Part shown: positions 30,157 to 38,881 of the stretch, one piece after another
How positions within the stretch are numbered: the first letter of the stretch is position 1
Layout of the letters: every line of letters begins with the position of its first letter
Origin: Candidatus Methylomirabilota bacterium
GTDB taxonomy: Bacteria; Methylomirabilota; Methylomirabilia; Rokubacteriales; CSP1-6
Reading direction: 5' to 3'
Assembly (NCBI GenBank): GCA_046726415.1
Contig: JBKPAK010000015.1
Location: 1 to 64,000, forward strand
Length of the DNA stretch: 64,000 nucleotides
Program-made: the position numbers and the translations under genes
The notes under the pieces: generated by a model
What the model was told of the DNA's origin: nothing
What the model saw: the letters and a program-made list of their open reading frames with translations, nothing else
Databases searched by the model: none

Positions 30157-30872
30157 ATGTACAACGTCCAGGTCGAATGGGGACGCGATGGTCTCGCCGC
30201 CCAGCTGAGCGGGAGTGACGTCATCGTCATCGTCGATGTGCTGTCGTTCTCGACCTGTGTCGATGTTGCGGTCGGTCGCGGGGCCGCCGTGCTTCCGTTC
30301 GGTTCGCCGGGAGCCGAGGCCGAAGCGTTCGCTCGGACCGTGGGCGCCGAATGCGCGACGGCCCGGGGGCAGGGGCATTTATCGCTGTCCCCAGCGACGT
30401 TGGCGGATCTGGAGAGCGGGCAAAGGTTGTCCTGCCGTCGCCGAACGGCGCTGCGCTGAGCCGCCAGACGGGGCAGGTCCGTACCTTGACGGCATGCCTG
30501 CGCAACGCCGCGGCGGTGGCGCGCGCTGCCGAGCGGGCGGGGCCCCGTATCACCGTCGTGGCGGCCGGGGAGCGCTGGCCCTCGGGCGCCTTGCGACCTG
30601 CTCTGGAGGACTGGATCGGCGCCGGCGCTGTCGTGGCGGCTCTGGATGGAGTCCGGTCGCCGGAGGCGGCCGCAGCACAGCATGCCTTCGAGGCGGTCGC
30701 TTCGCGTTTGGACTCGGCTCTTCTGGAATGCGTGTCGGGACAGGAGCTTATCGCCCGCGGGTATGAGGGCGACGTGGCGTGGGCCGCGGCGCTGAACGTG
30801 AGCGCGTGCGTCCCGCTCCTCGGCGACGGGGCTTTCATGAACGCGGCCCGTGGCGGCGAACGCGACGCCTGA
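30157..30872 (+). pseudogene. comB: 2-phosphosulfolactate phosphatase (ComB) family, frameshifted
   Basis: VIVDVLSFSTCV and SLSP in one frame; VLPSPNG, CLRNA, AAGERW, RPALED in the next; shift at CAAAGGTT near 30422. Confidence 0.8.
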
Positions 30873-31014
30873 GATTCGAGCGGTGCCTGTGCCTGGCGAC
30901 ACGCGCGTCGCCGAGATTGGTCCGGCGCCAACGCCGCGGGCGGAGTGCAGTCGATGCGCGAGCCACAGCCCGGGCGTGGATGTCCCCGGAGTGTCCCGCC
31001 GCTCGGGTCGTGCG

Positions 31015-31908
31015 CTACGCGCTCCCGGGCACGACTCCCGCCGGCAGCGACTCGATGTGGGCGCAGATGTCGCGCGGGCGCGTGAGCCAGATCCGGTCGC
31101 GGTGCTTGGCGATGTGCTCGAGGGCGCGCCGGAGTCGCCGGAGGCGATAGGGGCGCCCGATGACGAAGGGGTGGAGGGAGATCGGACACACCAGGGATTG
31201 GCGCTCCGACTGCTCGAGCATCTCGTCGAATTGATCGACGATCAGGTCGGCAAACTCCTCGGAGGTGTAGCGATACCAGACGATCCCGCGCGTGTCGTTC
31301 ACCTCGATGGGGTACGGCATGGTCAGGATCCGACCCTTGCGCGTGCGGATCCAGATCGGCTGATCGTCCATCGTCCAGTCCATCACGTAGCGGTATCCCG
31401 CCTCCTGCAGGAGATCCATCGTGATTCCGCTGTTCGAGAGCCAGGGGCTCATCCAGCCGAGGGGCCGCGTGCCTTCGTGGCGCTCGATGGTGGCGGTGAC
31501 GCGTTCGATCAGCTCGCGTTCCTCGTTCTCCGGCAGATGACCCTGTTCGTCGGAGTTCGTGACGCCGTGGCCGAGGATCTCGTCGCCTCGCGCGCGGAGC
31601 CGGCGGGGGATGTCCGGGGCCACCTCGTAGATCGCGCTGTTCATCTGCGCCTCGGCGGGGAGCTGGAGCTGATCCAGCAGTTCGAAGAGGCGCCAGATGC
31701 CCACGCGGTTGCCGTAGTCCCGCCAGCTGTAGACGCTGTGGCTCTGGGCCTGGTCGGGTGGAGCAATGGCGGCGCCCTTGCCGACGCCGAAGCCGAACGC
31801 CTCGATGTTGAGGGCGAGGTAGACGGCCAGCCGCCGGCCTCCCGGCCAGCTGTAGTCCGGCCGCGTGGTGATGTTCGAGTACTCGTAGCGTCCATGCGTG
31901 GGGAGCAT
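31015..31908 (-). CDS. Polysaccharide deacetylase family protein (PuuE-like)
   Basis: WPGGRRLAV, RDYGNRVGIWR, GWMSP, DDQP, LHPFVIGRPYR. Confidence 0.88.
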   Translation of the reverse strand: MLPTHGRYEYSNITTRPDYSWPGGRRLAVYLALNIEAFGFGVGKGAAIAPPDQAQSHSVYSWRDYGNRVGIWRLFELLDQLQLPAEAQMNSAIYEVAPDIPRRLRARGDEILGHGVTNSDEQGHLPENEERELIERVTATIERHEGTRPLGWMSPWLSNSGITMDLLQEAGYRYVMDWTMDDQPIWIRTRKGRILTMPYPIEVNDTRGIVWYRYTSEEFADLIVDQFDEMLEQSERQSLVCPISLHPFVIGRPYRLRRLRRALEHIAKHRDRIWLTRPRDICAHIESLPAGVVPGSA

Positions 31909-31982
31909 GCCTGGTCCTTTCCTGCCGCCCGCTGATCGTGGCGCCTCAGTAGCTGGAGGTCAAGCCCACGACGGCCGAGCCC

Positions 31983-32633
31983 CTAGCGCAGGGCCGCCGC
32001 CAGGAGGATCGCCCCTGTCGCGATGAGGGCGAGCGCCCAGAGGAGATCGAAGTTGATCCAGCCGCGTCGCAGAACGGCGACCCCGACCCACTCATAGACG
32101 AGGATCGCCACGAGACCCGTCGTCACGAGCATCGCGACGGTGTGCACGCCGACCGCGGCCAGCGCCCTACCGGCCGACTCGCTCACCGCCGCCAGCTCGG
32201 CCACGTGCTGATGGCCGGCGTGACTGCCGCCGGCCGATAGCTTCAGGAGTACCGGGATCAGCATCAGCCCAGCGCCGTGGCCGCTCGCCATCAGGAACGA
32301 CCACAACGTCAGGTCGGCGAATCCGACCTGCATGCCTCCGCGCGCGCGGTGCCGCGCGACCAGCCGGTAGACGCCAAAGGCGAACAGGAGCAGCGCGCTG
32401 ACCGCCTGGAGCAGGCGCAGGTCGACGAGGATGCGCAGCGCGGCCAGCGCCGCCACCACGAGGGTGATCGACACGGCATGTCCCAGGGCGATCGGCAGCA
32501 AGGCCCACAGGACGGCGGCCCGGCTTCGGCGTTGCAGTCCCAGTGCGACGGCGAAGAGCCACCCCATGGCGGGATTGATGCCGTGAAACGCGCCCAGGCC
32601 GGCGAGGGCCAGCCAAGCCCAGGCGCCGGTCAC
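31983..32633 (-). CDS. His-rich integral membrane protein downstream of SBP56
   Basis: Several TM helices; LGAFHGINPAMGWLFAVALG, GHA, HGAG, HAGHQH. Confidence 0.8.
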   Translation of the reverse strand: MTGAWAWLALAGLGAFHGINPAMGWLFAVALGLQRRSRAAVLWALLPIALGHAVSITLVVAALAALRILVDLRLLQAVSALLLFAFGVYRLVARHRARGGMQVGFADLTLWSFLMASGHGAGLMLIPVLLKLSAGGSHAGHQHVAELAAVSESAGRALAAVGVHTVAMLVTTGLVAILVYEWVGVAVLRRGWINFDLLWALALIATGAILLAAALR

Positions 32634-32696
32634 GGCGAGCGGCGGGTCACGACCGGCGGCTGTCTCTGACGGCCACCGCCGGTCGCGATGCTCGCC

Positions 32697-34085
32697 TCAC
32701 GGATAGCAATACGAGTCGGACGAGGAATCGCCTCCCTCGAGACGGATCTGATGCGGCCGGTAGCCTTCACCGAACTCGAGGAAGAACTTCGGATCGAGGG
32801 CAATGCCACCGCTGGGATTGACGTCGGCCTTGACCATCCAGCCTTTGATGCCTTCCGGATAGAACTGCGGGTCCACCGCACTGTAGAGCGAGTTGGTGAA
32901 GTACACGCGGCGCCCGTCGCGGCTGACCTCGACCATCTGCGGCCCGCCGTTGACCGGACCCGACGCGGGGTGCGGCGAGCGCTTCACGATGCCGCCGATG
33001 CGAAGGGAGCCCGCGAGCCTCGGATTGAAGGGATCGGAGACGTCATACTGGCGCATCTCGCCGGTGCCCCAGCAGGAGGCGTACAGGAACTTGTCGTCGA
33101 GCGACAGGTTGATGTCGGTCAGCAGTGGCGGCACCGCCTTGAATCCCTTGAGCAGCGGGGGCAGCTGATCGGGCTCGGCCGGTTCGGCCGGGATCTCGAT
33201 GACCTTCTTGACCGCCCACTGCCCGTTCGGCCGGTGCCACACCCAGATCGACGAGGACAGATCTTTGAGACTGATCACGCAGCCCGCGAACCCGTACGCC
33301 TTGCTCGGATCCCGGGCCTGCCGCAACTCGAAGACCAGCTGGTACTCCGGTCCGAGGTCGATCTCCTGCAGGTGCTTGCGCCGCCGCAGATCCCACGCAT
33401 GCAGGCGGTGGCCGTACTGGCCGCCGAGCAACAGCTCCGGCACCAGGCCATTCTCGAACATCTTGGGCGTGCCCCATTCGCTGGTGATCTGCGTGTCGTG
33501 ACCGAGATGCCAGGCGAAGTCGTAGGCGAAGAACTGCGGTCCGCGGTCGACCTCCCAGCGCCCGAGCACGTCGTAGCTGTCGTGATCGAGCAGGAACACG
33601 CCGCCCGGTCCATCGCCATCGGGGTTGCCCATCGCATTCAGGTAGATTCCTTCGGGCCCGCAGTGCACGGTGTGGAGCCGCGAATAGCCGGCGCGCTTGA
33701 ACACGTCTTGCGGCTCGATCACCTTGACGATCTTCGGCTGGCGTGGATCCGGCCGGGTGTCGAGCACGTAGATCCGCGATGAGCGCAGGCCGGGCACGAT
33801 CAGATATCGACGCTCGACGTGCGGATGCGGTGCGTACGGGCACAGCGCCGAACTGCAGGCATTCCAGCCGAAGTGATGCAGCTCGTCGCCGATCTCGGGC
33901 ATCTCGACCCGGCCCACGAGCTGCGCGTACGTCGACGAACGCGAGTCGAGATCGACCACGCCGAGCGCGTCCCCCCGCCGGCCGCCGGCGTTCAGGATGG
34001 CGACGTAGCCGAGCTTCTCGGTCGGCGCCTGCATCGCCAGGCGCGGCGAGGGATAGAACGTTGGATCAGGTGTCCAGGTCGCCAT
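32697..34085 (-). CDS. Selenium-binding protein SBP56 / SELENBP1-type methanethiol-oxidase-like protein
   Basis: [53 protein letters not shown]; no signal peptide. Confidence 0.92.
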   Translation of the reverse strand: MATWTPDPTFYPSPRLAMQAPTEKLGYVAILNAGGRRGDALGVVDLDSRSSTYAQLVGRVEMPEIGDELHHFGWNACSSALCPYAPHPHVERRYLIVPGLRSSRIYVLDTRPDPRQPKIVKVIEPQDVFKRAGYSRLHTVHCGPEGIYLNAMGNPDGDGPGGVFLLDHDSYDVLGRWEVDRGPQFFAYDFAWHLGHDTQITSEWGTPKMFENGLVPELLLGGQYGHRLHAWDLRRRKHLQEIDLGPEYQLVFELRQARDPSKAYGFAGCVISLKDLSSSIWVWHRPNGQWAVKKVIEIPAEPAEPDQLPPLLKGFKAVPPLLTDINLSLDDKFLYASCWGTGEMRQYDVSDPFNPRLAGSLRIGGIVKRSPHPASGPVNGGPQMVEVSRDGRRVYFTNSLYSAVDPQFYPEGIKGWMVKADVNPSGGIALDPKFFLEFGEGYRPHQIRLEGGDSSSDSYCYP

Positions 34086-34175
34086 GGCATCTCCTCTCTT
34101 GGTCGAATCCCCGTGGACTGTGGACCCCTGCGAGGACTGCGGCGTGGGCCCGAGGACCCGCCACCGGTGCCTGAC

Positions 34176-34203
34176 AGTGTGGCCAAGCGATGCGCCTTGT
34201 CAA
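34176..34203 (-). promoter_or_regulatory. Putative sigma70-type promoter for the SBP56 operon
   Basis: TTGACA-N16-CACACT on the minus strand. Confidence 0.3.
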
Positions 34204-34292
34204 GACTCGCGGTAGGCCGCGCCTTCGGCGCCTCGACCATTCCGACGGGGCGGCGTGGTAGTCTTGGCGTCGCGTCGCCCGCGGAGGCCGAG

Positions 34293-35288
34293 ATGAACAT
34301 CGCGATTCTCGACGACTATCAGGACACCATCAGGACGCTCGACTGCTTCGGCAAGATCGCCGGCCACGAGGTGGCGATCTGGAACGATCACACCAAGGAC
34401 GTCGACCTTCTCGCCCAACGGCTCAAGAACACGGAGGCGCTGGCCCTGATCCGCGAGCGCACGCCGATCCAGGCGCCGCTGCTCGAGCGTCTCGACAAGC
34501 TCCGCCTGATCAGCCAGCTGAGCGTCTATCCGCACATCGACGTCGCCGCGTGCACGCGGCGAGGCGTCATCGTGTCGTCGTTCATGGGTGGCGGTCGGCC
34601 GTCCTACGCAACGGCTGAGCTCACGTGGGGGCTGATCATTGCCGCCTTCCGGCGCATCCCCCAGGAGATGGCCGCGCTCAAGGCCGGCAAGTGGCAGGCC
34701 CACCCCATTGGCATCGGCCTGCGCGGCAAGACGCTAGGCATTTACGGCTACGGCCGCATCGGCGCCGTCGTCGCCGGCTACGGCAAGGCGTTTGGCATGA
34801 ATGTCCTCGCATGGGGCCGCGAGGGATCGCTCACCAGGGCACGCGCCGACGGATGCGCCGGCGCGCCGAGCAAGGAGGCGCTCTTCGAGCAGTCGGACGT
34901 GCTCTCCCTGCACGTGCGCCTGATCCCCGAAACGCGAGGGATGGTCACGGCGGCCGACCTCGCGCGGATGAAGCCGACCGCGCTCTTCGTCAACACCAGC
35001 CGAGCCGGGCTGGTCGTTCCGGGCGCCCTGGAGACCGCCCTTCGCGCCGGCCGTCCAGGGATGGCCGCGGTCGACGTCTTCGAAGAAGAGCCCGTCCTCG
35101 ATGGCCGCCATCCGCTCCTGGCCATGGACAACGCCATCTGTGTGCCGCACCTGGGCTACGTGGAGCGGGACGGCCTCGAGGCCATGTTCAGCGCGATCTT
35201 CGACCAGATGGTCGCATACGCCGACGGCAAGCCCATCAACGTGGTGAACCCCGAGGTCCTGGCCGGCCGCGCGCCGGTGACCAGCTGA
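34293..35288 (+). CDS. D-2-hydroxyacid dehydrogenase family protein
   Basis: [32 protein letters not shown]. Confidence 0.9.
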   Translation: MNIAILDDYQDTIRTLDCFGKIAGHEVAIWNDHTKDVDLLAQRLKNTEALALIRERTPIQAPLLERLDKLRLISQLSVYPHIDVAACTRRGVIVSSFMGGGRPSYATAELTWGLIIAAFRRIPQEMAALKAGKWQAHPIGIGLRGKTLGIYGYGRIGAVVAGYGKAFGMNVLAWGREGSLTRARADGCAGAPSKEALFEQSDVLSLHVRLIPETRGMVTAADLARMKPTALFVNTSRAGLVVPGALETALRAGRPGMAAVDVFEEEPVLDGRHPLLAMDNAICVPHLGYVERDGLEAMFSAIFDQMVAYADGKPINVVNPEVLAGRAPVTS

Positions 35289-35299
35289 GGACGACGTCC

Positions 35300-36469
35300 A
35301 TGACGATCAAAGGGCAGGCTTACATCGCCGGGATCTACGAGCATCCGACGCGCAAGGCTGACGACAAGTCTCTGGCCCAGCTGCACGCCGAGGTCGCTCG
35401 TGGCGCACTGGAAGACGCCGGGCTCACCAAGGCCGACGTCGACGGCTACTTCTGCGCGGGCGACGCGCCCGGCCTGGGTGGGCTCTCCATGGCCGACTAC
35501 ATGGGGCTCACGCTGCGCCACATGGACACGACGGAGACGGGCGGATCGTCCTACGTCATCCACGTCGCGCACGCCGCGCAGGCGATCGCCGCCGCGAAGT
35601 GCGACGTGGCTCTGATCACGCTGGCCGGCCGGCCACGGTCGGAAGGAATGGCGACTGGGACGGCTCCGCGCAACTACGGGGCCGGCGTTCCGGACGTCCC
35701 CTTCGAGTTCCCTTTCGGGCCGACGGTGGTCAACCAGTACGCCATGGCTGCCATGCGGCACATGCACGAGTTCGGAACCACCAGTGCGCAACTCGCCTGG
35801 ATCAAAGTGGCCGCCTCCCACCACGCCCAGCACAACCCCCATGCCATGTTGCGGGATGTGGTCACCGTCGACGACGTCGTCAATTCGCCGATGATCTCCG
35901 ATCCCCTGCACCGGCTCGATTGCTGCGTCATCAGCGATGGGGGCGGCGCCATCGTCGTCGCGCGGCCGGAGGTGGCGAAGAGTTTGAAACGCCCGCGAGT
36001 CCGCGTGCTGGGCGGGGGCGAAGCCTCCAAGCATCAGATGGGGGGCAAGGTCGATCTGACCTACTCTGGCGCCGTCTGGTCGGGACCGGCGGCCTTCGCC
36101 GAAGCCGGGGTCAAGCCGCCGGACATCAAGTACGTCTCCATCTACGACAGCTTCACCATCACGGTGCTCATCACGCTCGAGGACCTCGGCTTCTGCCCGA
36201 AGGGCCAGGGCGGCAAGTTCGTGGCCGACGGCAATCTGATCTCCGGCGTCGGCAAGTTGCCGTTCAACACCGACGGCGGCGGCCTCTGCAACAACCATCC
36301 AGCCAATCGCGGCGGCCTCACCAAGGTGGTGGAGGCCGTGCGCCAGCTTCGCGGTGAGGCGCACCCGAAGGTGCAGGTGAAGAACTGCGACGTGGCGCTG
36401 GCCCACGGTACCGGGGGATCGCTGGGCACGCGGCACGGGAGCGCCACCGTGATCATGGAGCGGGAGTGA
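35300..36469 (+). CDS. SCPx-type thiolase-domain protein
   Basis: DCCVISDGGGA, IYDSFT, NTDGGGL, EAVRQLRG. Confidence 0.9.
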   Translation: MTIKGQAYIAGIYEHPTRKADDKSLAQLHAEVARGALEDAGLTKADVDGYFCAGDAPGLGGLSMADYMGLTLRHMDTTETGGSSYVIHVAHAAQAIAAAKCDVALITLAGRPRSEGMATGTAPRNYGAGVPDVPFEFPFGPTVVNQYAMAAMRHMHEFGTTSAQLAWIKVAASHHAQHNPHAMLRDVVTVDDVVNSPMISDPLHRLDCCVISDGGGAIVVARPEVAKSLKRPRVRVLGGGEASKHQMGGKVDLTYSGAVWSGPAAFAEAGVKPPDIKYVSIYDSFTITVLITLEDLGFCPKGQGGKFVADGNLISGVGKLPFNTDGGGLCNNHPANRGGLTKVVEAVRQLRGEAHPKVQVKNCDVALAHGTGGSLGTRHGSATVIMERE

Positions 36470-36473
36470 CATC

Positions 36474-36869
36474 ATGCCTGGACCGGAGAGGACGATCCCC
36501 GCGCCTCAGCCCACGCCGGAGACCCAGCCCTTCTGGGACGCCGCCGCGCAAGGCCGACTTCTGATAAAGCGATGCACGGCGTGTGGGGAGGTGCACCACT
36601 ACCCCCGCCCGCTCTGCCCGTTCTGCTTCAGCGACGCGACGGAGTGGCGGGAGAGCTCGGGCCGGGGGACGATCTATTCCTACAGCGTCATGCGGCGGGT
36701 GCCGGTGCCGTACGCGATCGCCTACGTCACGCTGGACGAAGGCGTGACGATGATGACCAACATCGTCGACTGTGACCTGAACGCGATCAAAATCGGTCAG
36801 AAGGTGAAGGTCGTGTTCAAACCGACCGAGGGCGGCCCGGCGGTCCCGACGTTCGCGCCGGCCCAGTGA
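36474..36869 (+). CDS. DUF35 Zn-ribbon/OB-fold protein
   Basis: CTAC..CPFC zinc ribbon, GRGTIYSYSV, LDEGVTMMTNIV. Confidence 0.92.
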   Translation: MPGPERTIPAPQPTPETQPFWDAAAQGRLLIKRCTACGEVHHYPRPLCPFCFSDATEWRESSGRGTIYSYSVMRRVPVPYAIAYVTLDEGVTMMTNIVDCDLNAIKIGQKVKVVFKPTEGGPAVPTFAPAQ

Positions 36870-36910
36870 AATGGGGCCCCCACACCCCCGGCGCTCGAGG
36901 CGCTCCTCAC

Positions 36911-38662
36911 TCATTTCTCGGCGACCCGCCAGACCCGGTCCCAATCGAACGGAGGCGGGTTCGACCGCAGGAGGGCAATTCGCCGCTCGAAGGCCTGCGC
37001 CGGCCCGTCGTCGGGCTTGCGCTCGAGGCATGCCCGAAATCCCCGCTCGGCTCGATCCCAGTCCATGTCGCGATACGCGGCCAGTCCCTCGGCGAAGAGG
37101 CCGCGCAGCTCCTCCTGCTCGGGTGACAGCTCGCCGAGGCGGGCCAGCAACTCGAACACCCGGATCGGCTCGCTCTTGCCAGCCACCGTCAGGAGGTCCA
37201 GTTCGCGCACCTCGATTGCCTGCTGAGCCAGGCGATAGGTGTCGTCGGAAATGAGGATGGCCGTCCCGTAGATTTTGTTGGCGCCCTCGAGCCGGGACGC
37301 CAGATTCACCGTGTCGCCTACGATGGTGTACGACTTCGTCTGATCCGACCCGATGGTGCCGATCACCACTTCCCCGGTGGTCAGGCCCATGCGCACGCGG
37401 AAGCCCGGCACGTTGCGGCGCAGGCCTAGCACGTCCGGCAAATCCTGTCGAAACGCCGAAATGGCCTCCTGCTGGGCGAGGGCCGCCAGACAGCCATCGG
37501 CCGCGTGGCGATCCCCGGGCGAGAAGGGCGGCGTCCAGAACGCCATCACCGCATCGCCAACGTACTTGTCGACGATGCCATGGCGATCGAGAACGGCCCT
37601 GGTGACGACGCCGAAGTAGCGGTTGAGCAAATTGACCAGAGCTCCGGCCGTCAGTTGTTCCCCCATGGCGCTGAAGGCCTCGATGTCGGAGAAGAAGACC
37701 GTCACGGTGCGGCGCTCGGCCGCCTCGGGATTCTCGCTCGAGGAGCGCAGGAGGTCGTTGACGATGCGCGGATCGAGATACTTCCCGAAGGTGTCCTTGA
37801 TGCGCTCCTTGGCCTGCAGCTCCATCACCATGTGATTGAATGACCGGGTCAGCTGACCGATCTCATCGTCGGAGGTGATGGGCAGCTCAACAGCCAGCTG
37901 GCCCCTCTGGACGGCGCGCGTGCCGTCCAGCAGGCGGCCGAAGGCCCGGGCCAGGCGATGGGTCAGCATCCCAAACAGGATCAACCCGACGGCGGCCGCC
38001 ATAACGAAGAGGACGCTGTTGAACGCGAGCACCGTGACCGTTTGTTGGCTCGTCTCGCGCGCCGAGTCCCTGGTCAGCGTCTGGATGGTTCGCCGGATCT
38101 CGGCGAGGTCGGGGCCGAACGCGGTCTCGAAAGCCGCGAACCCGGCAGCCAACCGCTGGGCCTCCGTGGGGCGCCCCTCAGCAATCGCATTCAGCACCGC
38201 CCCGCCCACCGCCGTGAAGGGCGCGACGTGACGGCGGAGCGCCCGGAAGGCTCCCTCGATGCGAGCCAGCTCGATCCGGTCCGACACGTCGTTGCGCTCG
38301 TCTCTGATGGCGGTTGCCAAGAGCGCCAAGGCCCCGTCGAATGACTGGTCGAGCCGCTCGGCGATCTCGCGCTGGCGTCGGACCGACGCGGCCAGCTGAT
38401 CGGCCGGAACCGCGTCCGACTGGAGCAGACGCCGGATATTCAGCTCGTACTCGAAGGTCTCGACGTCGATGGCCGCCGCGATGTCCGAGAGCCGCAGGTG
38501 ATAGTCGGCGATGCCTTCGAGCTCGGCAATGACGCGCTTGATGAAGACGGCCGACACGGCCGTGGTGACCGCGAACACAACCAGGAGGAGGGTGGTGACC
38601 GCCAGGATTTTCAGCCGAATGCTCATGGACGGCCGGAATCGCGTCAACAGTCGCATCACCAT
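36911..38662 (-). CDS. Membrane class III adenylate/guanylate cyclase with HAMP domain and C-terminal TPR-like tail
   Basis: Two TM segments, DDEIGQLTRSFNHM, FSDIEAFS, DKYVGDAVMA, GDTVNLASRLE. Confidence 0.9.
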   Translation of the reverse strand: MVMRLLTRFRPSMSIRLKILAVTTLLLVVFAVTTAVSAVFIKRVIAELEGIADYHLRLSDIAAAIDVETFEYELNIRRLLQSDAVPADQLAASVRRQREIAERLDQSFDGALALLATAIRDERNDVSDRIELARIEGAFRALRRHVAPFTAVGGAVLNAIAEGRPTEAQRLAAGFAAFETAFGPDLAEIRRTIQTLTRDSARETSQQTVTVLAFNSVLFVMAAAVGLILFGMLTHRLARAFGRLLDGTRAVQRGQLAVELPITSDDEIGQLTRSFNHMVMELQAKERIKDTFGKYLDPRIVNDLLRSSSENPEAAERRTVTVFFSDIEAFSAMGEQLTAGALVNLLNRYFGVVTRAVLDRHGIVDKYVGDAVMAFWTPPFSPGDRHAADGCLAALAQQEAISAFRQDLPDVLGLRRNVPGFRVRMGLTTGEVVIGTIGSDQTKSYTIVGDTVNLASRLEGANKIYGTAILISDDTYRLAQQAIEVRELDLLTVAGKSEPIRVFELLARLGELSPEQEELRGLFAEGLAAYRDMDWDRAERGFRACLERKPDDGPAQAFERRIALLRSNPPPFDWDRVWRVAEK

Positions 38663-38768
38663 TGCGCGACGCCTGGCGTGACCGGGCGGGATGGGGACGG
38701 GCACCGCGGTGCTCTCTTCCAGGACGACCTCCTGGCTCGCGACGGGCGAGCGGTATTCGGCCTGGCCG

Positions 38769-38798
38769 AGGCTATCTGACGCCCGATTGTGGCGTCAA
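38769..38798 (-). promoter_or_regulatory. Putative promoter with an overlapping inverted repeat
   Basis: TTGACG-N18-TAGCCT (minus); TGACGCC-N7-GGCGTCA palindrome at 38777-38797. Confidence 0.3.
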
Positions 38799-38881
38799 GG
38801 CGGTGCCGCTGACCGGCGAGGGGAACCGCGCGCCTGGCACCTTCCCCACGATCCCGAGCCTCACGTATACTCCCGCACGTC

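Noticed and set aside
32697-34085. Functional link between the selenium-binding protein and the putative selenoprotein
   Set aside because: They are 27 kb apart and SBP56 is not part of the Sec insertion machinery; the link is in name only.
34125-34175. Further degenerate copies of the 60-bp repeat (also 50440-50480)
   Set aside because: Only short GC-rich word matches; not distinguishable from chance without a profile search.
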